DNA of 64,000 bases, taken from NCBI GenBank assembly GCA_051660585.1, contig JBOFPV010000038.1, forward strand, positions 1,151-65,150, read 5' to 3'. The notes under the pieces are model-generated. The model did not search any database. It worked only from the letters and a program-made list of their open reading frames with translations, and was not told the origin of the DNA. Numbering within the stretch: position 1 is the stretch's first letter; every line of letters begins with the position of its first letter. Source of the DNA: Tannerellaceae bacterium (lineage in GTDB: Bacteria; Bacteroidota; Bacteroidia; Bacteroidales; CAMTPD01). The position numbers and the translations under genes are program-made. Positions 35,373 through 45,448 of the stretch are shown here, piece by piece.

Positions 35373-36896
35373 TTACAAACTTTCTATTTTGTGGAGCATT
35401 TTCAGCGTAGCCTTGATAGCCGCTTCCGACTGGTCGGCATCGAGCCCTTGCGTCTTGAACTCTTTGTCTTTGTATCGCCAAGAGATCACGGTTTGTACAA
35501 AAGCATCGGTATGTCCGCCCGGAGGAATACTCACCGTATAATTAACCAACAACGGGAGCTCTCGGTTGAGACGTTCGTAAATCAAACGCAACGCCTTCAT
35601 AAACGCATCATACTGTCCGTCGCCCGCAGCAGCCTGTTCATACGCCTCACCGTCTATCTCAATCTTCAGAGACGCAATAGGCTTTAGCCCCTGCGCTAAA
35701 GATAATGAGTAATTTAAGATTTTAATCTTACTGTCTTGAATATCTTGTTTCAAAACATCGGATATGATGTAAGGCAAATCTTCGGGCGTAACCATCTCTT
35801 TTTTGTCGCCAAACTCAATGATGCGCTGCGTAACCTTTCGCATGCTCGCATCGTCGAGTTCGATACCAAGCGCTTCGATGTTTTTCAGAATATTCGCTTT
35901 GCCGGAAGTCTTCCCCAAAGCATATTCACGCGTACGCCCAAAGCGTTCGGGAAGCAGATCGTTGCAATACAAATTATTCTTCTGGTCGCCGTCGGCATGT
36001 ACACCCGCGCATTGCGTAAAAACGTTCTCTCCGATTACCGGTTTGTTTTGCGGAATGTGTACTCCCGAATACGTTTCTACCACTTTGCTGGCTTTGTGCA
36101 AATAGTCTTCACAAATAGAGGTTTCCACTTTAAGGTGGTCGTGCAAGATAGCCAATACACTCGAAAGCGGTGCATTGCCCGCACGTTCGCCCAATCCGTT
36201 GAGCGTAGTGTGTATACCCTGAGCACCGGACGAAACCGCGGCAAACACATTTGCCACAGCCAAGTCGTAATCGTTGTGAGCGTGAAAGTCGAAATGCAAA
36301 TCGGGATAACGCTTCATCATTTCAGACATATACACCGCCGTATCGATCGGGTTGAGTATACCCAACGTATCGGGCAGCATAAACCGTTTTACCGGATAGT
36401 TGCGCAATTGGTCAATCATGAAGAAAAGGTAATCGGGCGATTGTTTCATCCCATTCGACCAATCTTCCAAGTAAAGATTCACATCCATACCACCTGCCAC
36501 AGCCCGCTCAATCTCCTTAATAATATCAGCAACATGCTGTTCGGGAGTTTTACGCAACTGCTCGGTCACATGCTTGTACGAACCCTTGCAAAGCAAGTTT
36601 ACCACTTCGCAACCGGCACTCTTAATCCATTGAATCGACAAACCGCCGTCAATAAAACCAAGCACTTCCAGTCTGCGTAGCATACCTGCCCCTTTGGCCC
36701 ACTGTGCAATTTGGCTTACGGCCGTAAACTCACCTTCCGACACTCGAGCCGAAGCAAGTTCTACACGGTCTACATGCAAATTACACAAAAGCATCCGCGC
36801 AATGATCAATTTCTCCTGCGGTGCAAACGCAACCCCCGAAGTTTGTTCACCATCGCGCAGCGTGGTATCCATGATCTCTATTCTTCGTTTTTCCAT
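35373..36896 (-). CDS. cimA: (R)-citramalate synthase (LeuA-family paralog)
   Basis: [27 protein letters not shown] and GVHADGD (Leptospira/Bacteroides CimA type); second DRE-TIM synthase in the leu operon. Confidence 0.85.
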   Translation of the reverse strand: MEKRRIEIMDTTLRDGEQTSGVAFAPQEKLIIARMLLCNLHVDRVELASARVSEGEFTAVSQIAQWAKGAGMLRRLEVLGFIDGGLSIQWIKSAGCEVVNLLCKGSYKHVTEQLRKTPEQHVADIIKEIERAVAGGMDVNLYLEDWSNGMKQSPDYLFFMIDQLRNYPVKRFMLPDTLGILNPIDTAVYMSEMMKRYPDLHFDFHAHNDYDLAVANVFAAVSSGAQGIHTTLNGLGERAGNAPLSSVLAILHDHLKVETSICEDYLHKASKVVETYSGVHIPQNKPVIGENVFTQCAGVHADGDQKNNLYCNDLLPERFGRTREYALGKTSGKANILKNIEALGIELDDASMRKVTQRIIEFGDKKEMVTPEDLPYIISDVLKQDIQDSKIKILNYSLSLAQGLKPIASLKIEIDGEAYEQAAAGDGQYDAFMKALRLIYERLNRELPLLVNYTVSIPPGGHTDAFVQTVISWRYKDKEFKTQGLDADQSEAAIKATLKMLHKIESL

Positions 36897-36965
36897 CTCT
36901 AACTTCCGATATTCAATACATCTGCTTACCGCTTATTTATCCGTGGCAAGCAGATCATCGATCGT

Positions 36966-37556
36966 TTATACTACTCTCGAAGCTTCAAAAGCTTCTATCT
37001 TATCTTTGTTGGCAAGCAAATAGTCGATATCATCAAGACCTTTTACCAAGCACTCTTTCTTGTAAGGATTGATCTCGAACGATTCACTATCGCCCGTTGC
37101 ATTGTTCGTTATCTTTTGATTCTCTAGGTCTACCGTTACGGTATTACCCGGATTAGCAGCGATAGAAGCAAACAAACCTTCGAGAAACTTCGGCGTCACC
37201 ACAACCGGAAGAACTCCGTTGTTGAGTGCGTTGTTTTTAAAAATATCGGCAAAGAAGCTCGATACCACCACACGAAAGCCATATCCCGCTACTGCCCAAG
37301 CTGCGTGCTCGCGGCTACTTCCGCTGCCAAAGTTCTTACCGGCAACTAAAACCTCTCCTGCATAAGTAGGATCATTTAATACGAAATCCTTTACCGGATT
37401 GCCGTCTTGATCGTAACGCCAGTCGCAAAACAAATTATCACCAAATCCTTCGCGTGTAGTCGCTTTCAAGAAGCGAGCTGGAATAATCTGGTCGGTGTCG
37501 ACATTCTCGATCGGAAGCGGCACCATGGTTGAATTGATTGTTTCAAATTTTTTCAT
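36966..37556 (-). CDS. leuD: 3-isopropylmalate dehydratase small subunit
   Basis: [14 protein letters not shown] and [11 protein letters not shown]. Confidence 0.96.
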   Translation of the reverse strand: MKKFETINSTMVPLPIENVDTDQIIPARFLKATTREGFGDNLFCDWRYDQDGNPVKDFVLNDPTYAGEVLVAGKNFGSGSSREHAAWAVAGYGFRVVVSSFFADIFKNNALNNGVLPVVVTPKFLEGLFASIAANPGNTVTVDLENQKITNNATGDSESFEINPYKKECLVKGLDDIDYLLANKDKIEAFEASRVV

Positions 37557-37576
37557 CGTACAAGAAGTTTATCGGA

Positions 37577-38977
37577 TTAGTTGATCAAAAGTTCACGCGG
37601 ATCAGTTATCTTACCTGTCAAGGCAGCTGCGGCAGCAACCAGCGGTCCGGCAAGAATGGTACGCGCACCCGGTCCCTGACGACCTTCAAAGTTACGATTC
37701 GACGTTGACACAGCATACTTTCCGGCCGGCACTTTGTCTTCATTCATAGCAAGACAAGCTGAGCAACCCGGCTGACGAAGTTCGAATCCTGCGTCGGCAA
37801 AGATCTTATCCAAACCTTCTTGTCTGATCTCCTCTTCTACCTTCCACGAACCCGGAACCAACCAAGCCGTCACGTCGGGATGTTTCTGTTTTCCCTTTAC
37901 CATTGCGGCAAAAGCGCGAAAATCTTCGATGCGACCGTTGGTACAGCTACCCAAGAATACGTAATCAATCTTTTTCCCTTCAATCTTCTCTCCTGCGGCA
38001 AAGCCCATATAGTCGAGTGACTTTTGGTACGAAGCACGCCCCGAAGCCTCAACACTTTCAAGCGTCGGAATGGATTCGGTTATACCCATTCCCATGCCCG
38101 GATTGGTTCCGTAAGTAACCATCGGCATGATATCTTCCGCTTTGAAGGTAATCTCTTTGTCAAACGTAGCGCCCTCATCGGTATGAAGCGTCTTCCAATA
38201 AGCCAGCGCCTTGTCCCAAGCCTCACCTTTGGGTGCAAACTCTTTTCCTTTTACATATTCGAAAGTAGTTTCGTCCGGTGCAACCATACCTCCGCGTGCT
38301 CCCATCTCGATACTCAGATTACACAACGTAAGACGTTCTTCCATTGATAGTGCGCGTACGGCTTCGCCTGCGTATTCAACAAAATATCCTGTAGCACCGC
38401 CCGTTGTCATCTTCGAAATGATGTACAAAGCCATATCCTTGGCAGTAACACCTTTGCCCAATTTTCCGGTTACGGTAATGCGCATCGTTTTGGGTTTGCG
38501 CTGAAAGATACACTGCGTAGCCAGTGTCATTTCTACTTCACTGGTACCGATACCAAAAGCGATTGCCCCCATCGCTCCGTGCGTAGAAGTATGACTGTCG
38601 CCACAAACAATGGTCATGCCCGGAAGCGTAAGTCCCGTTTCCGGCCCGATTACATGGATAATACCGTTACGCTTGTTGTTCATTCCGTAATAGGTAAGAC
38701 CAAAGTCGGTCGCGTTCTTTTCCAACGTATCTACCTGATTGCGCGAAATAGGATCGGCAATGGGTTTATCTTGATTCAACGTAGGGATGTTGTGGTCGGG
38801 CGAACAAATGGTACGCTCGGGTCTGAACACGCTCAATCCACGCAGACGAAGGCCTTCGAAAGCCTGCGGACTGGTTACTTCGTGACAGTAGTGACGGTCT
38901 ATGTACAATTGGGTAGTGCCGTCGGGCAGTGTTGAAACCTGATGTTGAGACCAAATTTTTTCGAATAATGTTTTCAT
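37577..38977 (-). CDS. leuC: 3-isopropylmalate dehydratase large subunit
   Basis: [31 protein letters not shown] and [12 protein letters not shown]. Confidence 0.97.
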   Translation of the reverse strand: MKTLFEKIWSQHQVSTLPDGTTQLYIDRHYCHEVTSPQAFEGLRLRGLSVFRPERTICSPDHNIPTLNQDKPIADPISRNQVDTLEKNATDFGLTYYGMNNKRNGIIHVIGPETGLTLPGMTIVCGDSHTSTHGAMGAIAFGIGTSEVEMTLATQCIFQRKPKTMRITVTGKLGKGVTAKDMALYIISKMTTGGATGYFVEYAGEAVRALSMEERLTLCNLSIEMGARGGMVAPDETTFEYVKGKEFAPKGEAWDKALAYWKTLHTDEGATFDKEITFKAEDIMPMVTYGTNPGMGMGITESIPTLESVEASGRASYQKSLDYMGFAAGEKIEGKKIDYVFLGSCTNGRIEDFRAFAAMVKGKQKHPDVTAWLVPGSWKVEEEIRQEGLDKIFADAGFELRQPGCSACLAMNEDKVPAGKYAVSTSNRNFEGRQGPGARTILAGPLVAAAAALTGKITDPRELLIN

Positions 38978-38985
38978 GTGAGGGC

Positions 38986-40485
38986 TTATTTCTTTACAAA
39001 TTTATTGATAGCGTCGATAAAGGCTTCTACAGAAGCAGCAATGATATCGGTGTTGGCCGAGAAACCGTAGTAGGTTTGTCCCCCGTGGTCTACTTGCATA
39101 TGCACCTTACCTACATCGTCGCTTCCTTTATTGATCGCTTGAATCAAAAACTCTTGAATGGTAACTTTTCTGTGAATGATATTTTTTACTGCGCTGATAG
39201 CCGCATCTACCGGACCGTTGCCCGACGCTGCCGCTTCGAACTTCTCACCTGCGATATCCAGACAAACCGAAGCAACCGACTTCACGCCTACGCCCGATGT
39301 TACTTGCAAGTAATCTAGTTTGATTCTGTTCTTCGCCATGCGCTCTTTGCCGGCAAGCACCAAAATATCGTCGTCGGTTATATCCTTCTTGCGATCGGCT
39401 AGCTTCAAAAACTCTTCGTACACTTGGTCTAAGTTTTCTTGCTCTACATCTACGCCAAGCACATGCAAGCGGTGTTTCAATGCCGCACGTCCGCTACGGG
39501 CAGTAAGTACGATGGCGTTGTCGTCGATGCCCACATCCTTCGGATCCATGATCTCGTAGCTTTCGCGGTTTTTAAGCACGCCGTCTTGGTGAATACCCGA
39601 CGAGTGCGCAAAAGCATTGCGACCTACGATTGCTTTATTCGGTTGCACCGGCATATTCATCAGGTTAGAAACCAATTTGCTGGTACCGTATATCTTTTTA
39701 GAGTTGATGTTGGTATTGATGTTAAGTCCTTTGTGGCATTTCAAAATCATAGCAACTTCTTCGAGTGCCGTATTACCCGCACGCTCGCCGATACCATTGA
39801 TCGTAACCTCTACCTGACGTGCTCCGTTCAATACGCCCGCCATAGTATTGGCCGTAGCCATACCCAAGTCGTTGTGACAGTGTGTAGACAAGATTGCGTT
39901 GTGCACTCCGTTTACATTCTCCATCAAATACTTGATCTTCGCTCCATATTCATCGGGCAGGCAATATCCGGTTGTATCGGGAATATTCACCACGGTTGCT
40001 CCGGCTTTGATTACCGCCTCAACCACACGAGCAAGATACTCGTTGTCGGTACGGCCGGCATCTTCTGCATAAAACTCTACATCTTCGACAAATCGTTTGG
40101 CATACTTCACACATGCAATGGCGCGCTCAAGGATATCTTCACGGGTAGAATTAAACTTGTGCTTGATGTGGTAATCAGACGTTCCGATGCCGGTGTGGAT
40201 ACGGCCGTGCTTGGCAAACTTCAATGCGTCTGCTGCAACTTGAATGTCTTTTTCTACCGCTCTGGTCAGCGCACAAATGGTAGGCCACGTTACAGCCTTC
40301 GAAATTTCTACAACCGAATGAAAGTCGCCCGGACTTGACACCGGAAAACCGGCTTCGATAACATCGACTCCTAATGCTTCCAATGCTCTTGCCACTTCAA
40401 TCTTTTCTACCGTGTTCAACTGGCAGCCCGGCACTTGCTCGCCGTCGCGAAGTGTGGTATCGAATACAAACAATCTGTCGCTCAT
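38986..40485 (-). CDS. leuA: 2-isopropylmalate synthase
   Basis: ATG 40485; [33 protein letters not shown] and GNGPVDA. Confidence 0.95.
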   Translation of the reverse strand: MSDRLFVFDTTLRDGEQVPGCQLNTVEKIEVARALEALGVDVIEAGFPVSSPGDFHSVVEISKAVTWPTICALTRAVEKDIQVAADALKFAKHGRIHTGIGTSDYHIKHKFNSTREDILERAIACVKYAKRFVEDVEFYAEDAGRTDNEYLARVVEAVIKAGATVVNIPDTTGYCLPDEYGAKIKYLMENVNGVHNAILSTHCHNDLGMATANTMAGVLNGARQVEVTINGIGERAGNTALEEVAMILKCHKGLNINTNINSKKIYGTSKLVSNLMNMPVQPNKAIVGRNAFAHSSGIHQDGVLKNRESYEIMDPKDVGIDDNAIVLTARSGRAALKHRLHVLGVDVEQENLDQVYEEFLKLADRKKDITDDDILVLAGKERMAKNRIKLDYLQVTSGVGVKSVASVCLDIAGEKFEAAASGNGPVDAAISAVKNIIHRKVTIQEFLIQAINKGSDDVGKVHMQVDHGGQTYYGFSANTDIIAASVEAFIDAINKFVKK

Positions 40486-40517
40486 AAATATATGTTTTAG
40501 GTTTATAGTTTGCAAAT

Positions 40518-40554
40518 AAAAAAAGCCTTTCACACATCGAAGTGAGAAAGGCTC
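40518..40554 (-). terminator. Attenuator terminator upstream of leuA
   Basis: Minus strand GAGCCTTTCTCAC-TTCGAT-GTGTGAAAGGCT-TTTTTT, about 30 nt before the leuA ATG. Confidence 0.85.
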
Positions 40555-40576
40555 GTTACAATATTATGTTGTTACA

Positions 40577-40657
40577 TTATGCACACAACGGTCTCACTTC
40601 TGCAGGATTCTTCCAGAGAATAATAATAATCAGACCGAGTAGTAAAGATGTAAACAT
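40577..40657 (-). CDS. Leu/Ile-rich leader peptide of the leu-cimA operon (26 aa)
   Basis: MFTSLLLGLIIIILWKNPAEVRPLCA*; codons TTA CTA CTC GGT CTG ATT ATT ATT ATT CTC; overlaps the antiterminator segment. Confidence 0.82.
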   Translation of the reverse strand: MFTSLLLGLIIIILWKNPAEVRPLCA

Positions 40658-40689
40658 ATCGTTTCTTGTTTTTAATTCTTTTACAAGTG

Positions 40690-40720
40690 CAAATATAGAG
40701 CTATTATCTAAACGACAAAA
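40690..40720 (-). promoter_or_regulatory. Promoter of the leu leader (-33 TTTG / -7 TATATTTG)
   Basis: Minus strand TTTG (40720-40717), a 19-nt spacer, then TATATTTG (40697-40690), 33 nt before the leader ATG. Confidence 0.75.
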
Positions 40721-40875
40721 CTTTTTCATCACTTTTTTAAAGCAAAATCTTTCATATTATAATACAACACGACATTAATATCACATTTTATCACAACACA
40801 CATTCATTTCACAACAAATAAGAAGTAATTATTTATTGTGTAAGCGACGATTAAAAAGCGAATGCAGGCAAATAT

Positions 40876-40906
40876 AAAAAAAAGGAGCCTGCGATCAGAC
40901 TCCTTC
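40876..40906 (-). terminator. Intrinsic terminator downstream of rsmF
   Basis: Minus strand AAGGAGTCTG-ATCG-CAGGCTCCTT-TTTTTT. Confidence 0.8.
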
Positions 40907-40953
40907 TATCTAATGAATGTAAATCGTTTTCGTATCGTACAAATTTATTGTTC

Positions 40954-41034
40954 GTTTAGTTCAAATCGTTTGATGGGCATCGAACGATTCGTTCTTAGTT
41001 TAGTTCGAATCGTCAGGTGCCGACCTGACGATTC
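40954..41034. repeat. Two tandem 44-nt-period hairpin units
   Basis: GTTTAGTTC(A/G)AATCGT-N14-ACGATTC at 40954 and 40998; both N14 cores are self-complementary. Confidence 0.75.
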
Positions 41035-41093
41035 TGTTTTCGTTATGTTTGAAAATGAAACATGCGGTGATGCCACGCAACGGATGCAATGAA

Positions 41094-42506
41094 TCAAATC
41101 GAATCTAACGTGATGATCTCTTCCGGCAGGTAAGTAGTACGAATACGCCATTCTTGCGGGTAGAGATTATTGGCACGATTGCCAAGTTGTTTTACAAAGC
41201 CAATCGGAATTTGTTTGTACGTAAGGAGCAGATACCCTTTGGGCAAATCGGCATCGAGCACAAGGGCTTCTTTTTTCAAGTAAGCAATGGTTTGTTCGCG
41301 TGTTACCTCACAAGTATTGAAAGCCTCCGCATCCAAGGCTGTGGAAAGTGCCAACGACTGTGCCGGAATCAGGTCTTTTCCTTTTATTTCGCCCACAAGG
41401 ATACCGGCCGAAACAATCTTAAGTCCGGTAAACAGATAGTTGAGTACCTCTTTGTGCTCTGCCGGAAAGGCAAACACCGATGCCCCTTTTACCTCGTATT
41501 CATAGTCGCCACTGTGGGTAAGCCACGTTTTGGCAACGGCCGGAAGTGGTAACGGCTGGTTTTTGCCTCCCCCTTTTTTATCTTTCTTCTTGCTGCGGCC
41601 ACCGTGCAATACGGGTTCGTTCGCTTCGGCAGTTTCGGGCTTTTGCAACACAGCCAAGAAGAATCCTTCTCCGCGCGTCGCATTCGGCATAAAACGATAC
41701 ACGGGGTTGTCGTATTTGAGTGCCCCTTTGATTCCCCAGCTTTCTTGCGTAGGAACCGACACAGGGATTGCATCGAATTCGTTGCGTATCCACTCTATAT
41801 TTTCTTCGTTCTCGTCGAGATTGTACGTACAGGTACTGTAGATCAGATAGCCGCCCGGTTTGAGTGCCGGCCAGATGTCGCGGATAATGCGACGCTGACG
41901 CCCTGCGCACAGATCAACGTTTGCAACAGACCATTCGTCGGCAGCGTCGCTGTCTTTTCGAAACATCCCTTCGCCCGAACAAGGTACGTCGGTTACAATC
42001 ACGTCAAACAATGCGCCCATCTCTCCGATTTGTGCCGGATCGCTGTTGGTTACAATGCAAGCCGGATGTCCCCACTTGGTGATGTTTTCGGAAAGGATAT
42101 TCGAGCGGCTTTGAATCACTTCGTTCGAAACCAGCAGACTTCCTTCGGGAAGTGCCGCACGCAACAGGGTTGATTTTCCGCCCGGAGCCGCACAAAGATC
42201 AAGACACGCGAGAGGTTCATCACCGACCACGGCTTTGAGTGCTTGCTCGAGAAACATCGACGAGGCCTCTTGCACGTAGTAAGCACCGGCGTGAAACAAG
42301 GGATCGAACGTGAAAGTTGGTCGCTTTGGCAAATAGTAGCCGTTTGCGGCCCATTGCACCGGCGTATCGAGCGATTGCGCAAACGGTTTGGCCGTGTTGA
42401 GTCGCACGCTGATGGGAGCTTCGCCCGACAAGGCTTCTTCAAATGCGGGATATTCATCGCCCAACAGGGCCTTGGTACGTATGATAAAATCTTTTGGTAG
42501 AGACAT
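41094..42506 (-). CDS. rsmF: RsmB/NOL1/NOP2 family rRNA m5C methyltransferase (RsmF-like)
   Basis: YYVQEASSM, LDLCAAPGGKS, DVPCSGEGMFRK and YSTCT; RsmF-type C-terminal domain NNLYPQEWRI. Confidence 0.88.
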   Translation of the reverse strand: MSLPKDFIIRTKALLGDEYPAFEEALSGEAPISVRLNTAKPFAQSLDTPVQWAANGYYLPKRPTFTFDPLFHAGAYYVQEASSMFLEQALKAVVGDEPLACLDLCAAPGGKSTLLRAALPEGSLLVSNEVIQSRSNILSENITKWGHPACIVTNSDPAQIGEMGALFDVIVTDVPCSGEGMFRKDSDAADEWSVANVDLCAGRQRRIIRDIWPALKPGGYLIYSTCTYNLDENEENIEWIRNEFDAIPVSVPTQESWGIKGALKYDNPVYRFMPNATRGEGFFLAVLQKPETAEANEPVLHGGRSKKKDKKGGGKNQPLPLPAVAKTWLTHSGDYEYEVKGASVFAFPAEHKEVLNYLFTGLKIVSAGILVGEIKGKDLIPAQSLALSTALDAEAFNTCEVTREQTIAYLKKEALVLDADLPKGYLLLTYKQIPIGFVKQLGNRANNLYPQEWRIRTTYLPEEIITLDSI

Positions 42507-42573
42507 ATTGATTCTTCTTTTCGGCAAAAATACCTATTTTTGCTGAAAAGAACAGAGCGTAAATAATAAACCT

Positions 42574-43278
42574 ATGCAAGCTTCACTTTATCTGATCCCG
42601 GTTACACTGGGTGAAACATCGATCGAACAAGTACTTCCATCTTATAACAAGGAAATTATCCTAGGTATTAAACATTTTATTGTCGAAAACGTACGCACGG
42701 CTCGCCGCTTTCTCAAGAAGACCGACCCGGCTATCGATATTGATACGCTTACGTTTTATACACTCAATAAGCATACTTCGGCCGACGAAGTTTCGAAATA
42801 CCTTGCTCCTATCGCAAAAGGCGAAAGCATGGGGATTATTTCCGAAGCAGGTTGTCCGGCTATTGCCGACCCGGGTGCCGACGTGGTAGCCATTGCCCAA
42901 CGCAACAACATCAAGGTGGTTCCGCTCGTGGGGCCGTCGTCTATCCTAATGTCGGTAATGGGATCGGGATTTAACGGACAAAGTTTTGCGTTTCACGGAT
43001 ACCTGCCTATCGATGCCGAGCAACGTGCCAAACGTATCAAAACACTTGAGTCGCGTATCTATACCGAAAACCAAACGCAGCTGTTTATCGAGACCCCGTA
43101 TCGCAACAACAAGCTTGCCGAGGAAATTATCAAGACTTGCAAGCCGAGCACGAAGCTTTGCATTGCTGCCGATATTACGTGCCCCGATGAGTATATCAAA
43201 ACGAGATCGGTAAAGGAATGGGCAGGCAAGATTCCTGATCTTAGCAAGCGTCCTTGCATTTTCCTGATTTATAAATAA
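42574..43278 (+). CDS. Tetrapyrrole-methylase family SAM-dependent methyltransferase (RsmI-like)
   Basis: LYLIPVTLG, SEAGCPAIADPG, GPSS and FIETPYRN. Confidence 0.85.
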   Translation: MQASLYLIPVTLGETSIEQVLPSYNKEIILGIKHFIVENVRTARRFLKKTDPAIDIDTLTFYTLNKHTSADEVSKYLAPIAKGESMGIISEAGCPAIADPGADVVAIAQRNNIKVVPLVGPSSILMSVMGSGFNGQSFAFHGYLPIDAEQRAKRIKTLESRIYTENQTQLFIETPYRNNKLAEEIIKTCKPSTKLCIAADITCPDEYIKTRSVKEWAGKIPDLSKRPCIFLIYK

Positions 43279-43295
43279 TACAATCTATACATTAC

Positions 43296-44210
43296 ATGAA
43301 AAACACATTTTACAAGCTTCACGTATCCATGCGTAGGGCAATCGCATTTGTCGTATGCTGCATGTGTGCCGTGGCTGCGGTATCGGCACAAAGTAAGGTA
43401 TTCGAGAACCTGAAAATGCCGAGCAAACTGCTGGGCAAAGAGGTAAACTACAACATTTACTTGCCCGAAAGCTATGAGACCTCCAACAGAACCTATCCGG
43501 TACTCTATTTGCTGCACGGATATTCTGACGATAATACTTCGTGGACGCATTATGGCGAGGTAAAACAAATAGCCGACCAACAGATTGCTTCGGGCGAAAG
43601 TACGGAAATGATCATCGTGATGCCCGACGGAGGTGTTAGCTGGTATATGAATAGTGCCGACGGAAGTATGCCTTATGAAGATGTATTCGTAAAGGAGTTG
43701 ATCCCCTATATCGAGGCCAACTACAAAGCACGCAGCAATAAATTAGCTCGTGCCATTGCCGGACTTTCGATGGGTGGTTACGGATCTATTCACTTGTCGC
43801 TCCGTAATCCGGATCTCTTTACCGCAACTTGTCCGCTGAGTGCCGCTATCTGGAACAGCGAACACATGGCAAACATGCCCGAAGGACAATATGCCGGATA
43901 TTTTGACAAACTATACGGAGGAACAAAGCAACCGGGCAACGGCCGACTTACTCCTACCTGGAAACAATACAGTGTTTTTGATTTGGTAGAGACTATGCCT
44001 GCCGAAGACCTCAGAAAGGTCACGATCTACCTCGACTGCGGTGACGACGATTTCGTGTACGACGGCAACGTATTGTTCTGGAGCTTGCTTCGTAAAAAAG
44101 GTGTACGTGGAGAACTGCTGATTCGAAACGGAAATCACAACTGGCCTTACTGGCGATCGGCTCTACCCAATGTTCTGAATACGGTATCGGGACATTTTCA
44201 CCGACAATAA
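43296..44210 (+). CDS. Secreted esterase (alpha/beta hydrolase, CE1-like)
   Basis: Signal peptide, YPVLYLLHG, nucleophile elbow GLSMGG, DCGDDD and GNHNW; the start may be the later Met (MRRAIAF). Confidence 0.87.
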   Translation: MKNTFYKLHVSMRRAIAFVVCCMCAVAAVSAQSKVFENLKMPSKLLGKEVNYNIYLPESYETSNRTYPVLYLLHGYSDDNTSWTHYGEVKQIADQQIASGESTEMIIVMPDGGVSWYMNSADGSMPYEDVFVKELIPYIEANYKARSNKLARAIAGLSMGGYGSIHLSLRNPDLFTATCPLSAAIWNSEHMANMPEGQYAGYFDKLYGGTKQPGNGRLTPTWKQYSVFDLVETMPAEDLRKVTIYLDCGDDDFVYDGNVLFWSLLRKKGVRGELLIRNGNHNWPYWRSALPNVLNTVSGHFHRQ

Positions 44211-44225
44211 GGAACTCAATGATAT

Positions 44226-44265
44226 AAAAAAGCGACAACATCGTAAAAGATGTTGTCGCTTTTTT
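44226..44265. terminator. Bidirectional terminator
   Basis: AAAAAAGCGACAACATC-GTAAAA-GATGTTGTCGCTTTTTT. Confidence 0.88.
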
Positions 44266-44277
44266 GTATGATATGAA

Positions 44278-45417
44278 TTATCGTTCTGCGACATCTAGAT
44301 TGCGAAGACTTTCGGCTAATAAAACGGTATTCTTTAAGTATACATATTCTTGCTCAAAGTATTCGCTAAAGATACCCGCATCCATATTTTCATCTATTTG
44401 TCGTACGGTCCATAACTTCCCAAGGTCTCTTCCCAACTCGGCTGCGAGTGCTTCGCTTTTGACATTAATCAAATAAAGTGAAACAAGGTTTTTCGCTTTG
44501 CCATTGTCAAACAGATACTGTAATAAAAAACGAGGCTCTTCTCCATATTGTTTAAACTTAGAACCAATGAGCTTTTGCAGTGCTTGCTCTATCGTTTGCC
44601 TAAATACGAGTAGCTTAAAAAATGGTATATCTATTTTTTTCAACTCGGAGTGTAGACCGTGTTTACGCTCCTTAAGATAAAGCATTCCTTTGTGCATAAC
44701 CACACAACGCACCAGTGGGTGGGTGTATTTTGCTGCATGTCGAGACAAAGATTCGGAGCGAGCAATACGCCCGATCACTTTTCCTTTCACATCTACTACA
44801 GGCAACCATGTTTCGTTTCTTAGCTTATCTGAAATAAATTTCAAACGAATCATTTCGTAAATAAATATTCCTAGACAAATAATGATAAACATCTCTTTGT
44901 CAAGAATCGTTTCTGTTATTCCCATTTCTTTATTATCGACCACCAAATGATATGCAAAGGTGATCATTAAATGAATGGTAAGAAGTGGCCGTAATATGGT
45001 TGATACAAACAAAAACTCTTTGACACTGTTTCGTAAATTTACAGAGTATACTCCGTCTGTGCGCTCTACAAAACGAGATAATATGGCCGGTCGAAACGGA
45101 ATCAATGCCGTAAGAAGAATCAGCCAAATCATCTCAACAACCAAAGCCGAATAACCTGTGAGTTGTGAACTTATGGGAAAATAAATAACAATAGCATAGC
45201 ATAAAAGCACCAATCCCGTCAAATACAACATAAATTGCTGTACTGTATTTCGAAATAAAAAGCTAAATATACCTACACCTATAATATTGGTAAATATACC
45301 GCAAGCAAAAGCAAACTGCGGCGATATAAAGTTGTCTAAAAAGACAAAAACCAATAGAGGTAAAAATCCCCAGCCGGGATTTATCAAGTACCACTTCAAA
45401 AGATATTTGTCATCCAT
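44278..45417 (-). CDS. Multi-pass membrane protein with a degenerate C-terminal Nudix/IDI-like domain
   Basis: About six hydrophobic segments, then WLPVVDVKGKVIGR..HPLVRCVV..GMLYLKER; no intact Nudix box. Confidence 0.65.
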   Translation of the reverse strand: MDDKYLLKWYLINPGWGFLPLLVFVFLDNFISPQFAFACGIFTNIIGVGIFSFLFRNTVQQFMLYLTGLVLLCYAIVIYFPISSQLTGYSALVVEMIWLILLTALIPFRPAILSRFVERTDGVYSVNLRNSVKEFLFVSTILRPLLTIHLMITFAYHLVVDNKEMGITETILDKEMFIIICLGIFIYEMIRLKFISDKLRNETWLPVVDVKGKVIGRIARSESLSRHAAKYTHPLVRCVVMHKGMLYLKERKHGLHSELKKIDIPFFKLLVFRQTIEQALQKLIGSKFKQYGEEPRFLLQYLFDNGKAKNLVSLYLINVKSEALAAELGRDLGKLWTVRQIDENMDAGIFSEYFEQEYVYLKNTVLLAESLRNLDVAER

Positions 45418-45448
45418 ACGTAAAGGTCATCATATAAAAATACTACAC

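Noticed and set aside
35736-40338. Long antisense ORFs (314 aa at 35736-36680, 299 aa at 39439-40338) and other shadow ORFs
   Set aside because: They lie opposite well-supported cimA/leuA genes in a GC-richer block and show no recognisable motifs; this is typical stop-codon depletion.
40542-41151. Short ORFs 40542-40778 (+), 40862-41092 (+) and 40945-41151 (-)
   Set aside because: They overlap the attenuator, terminator and hairpin units and lack protein-like features.
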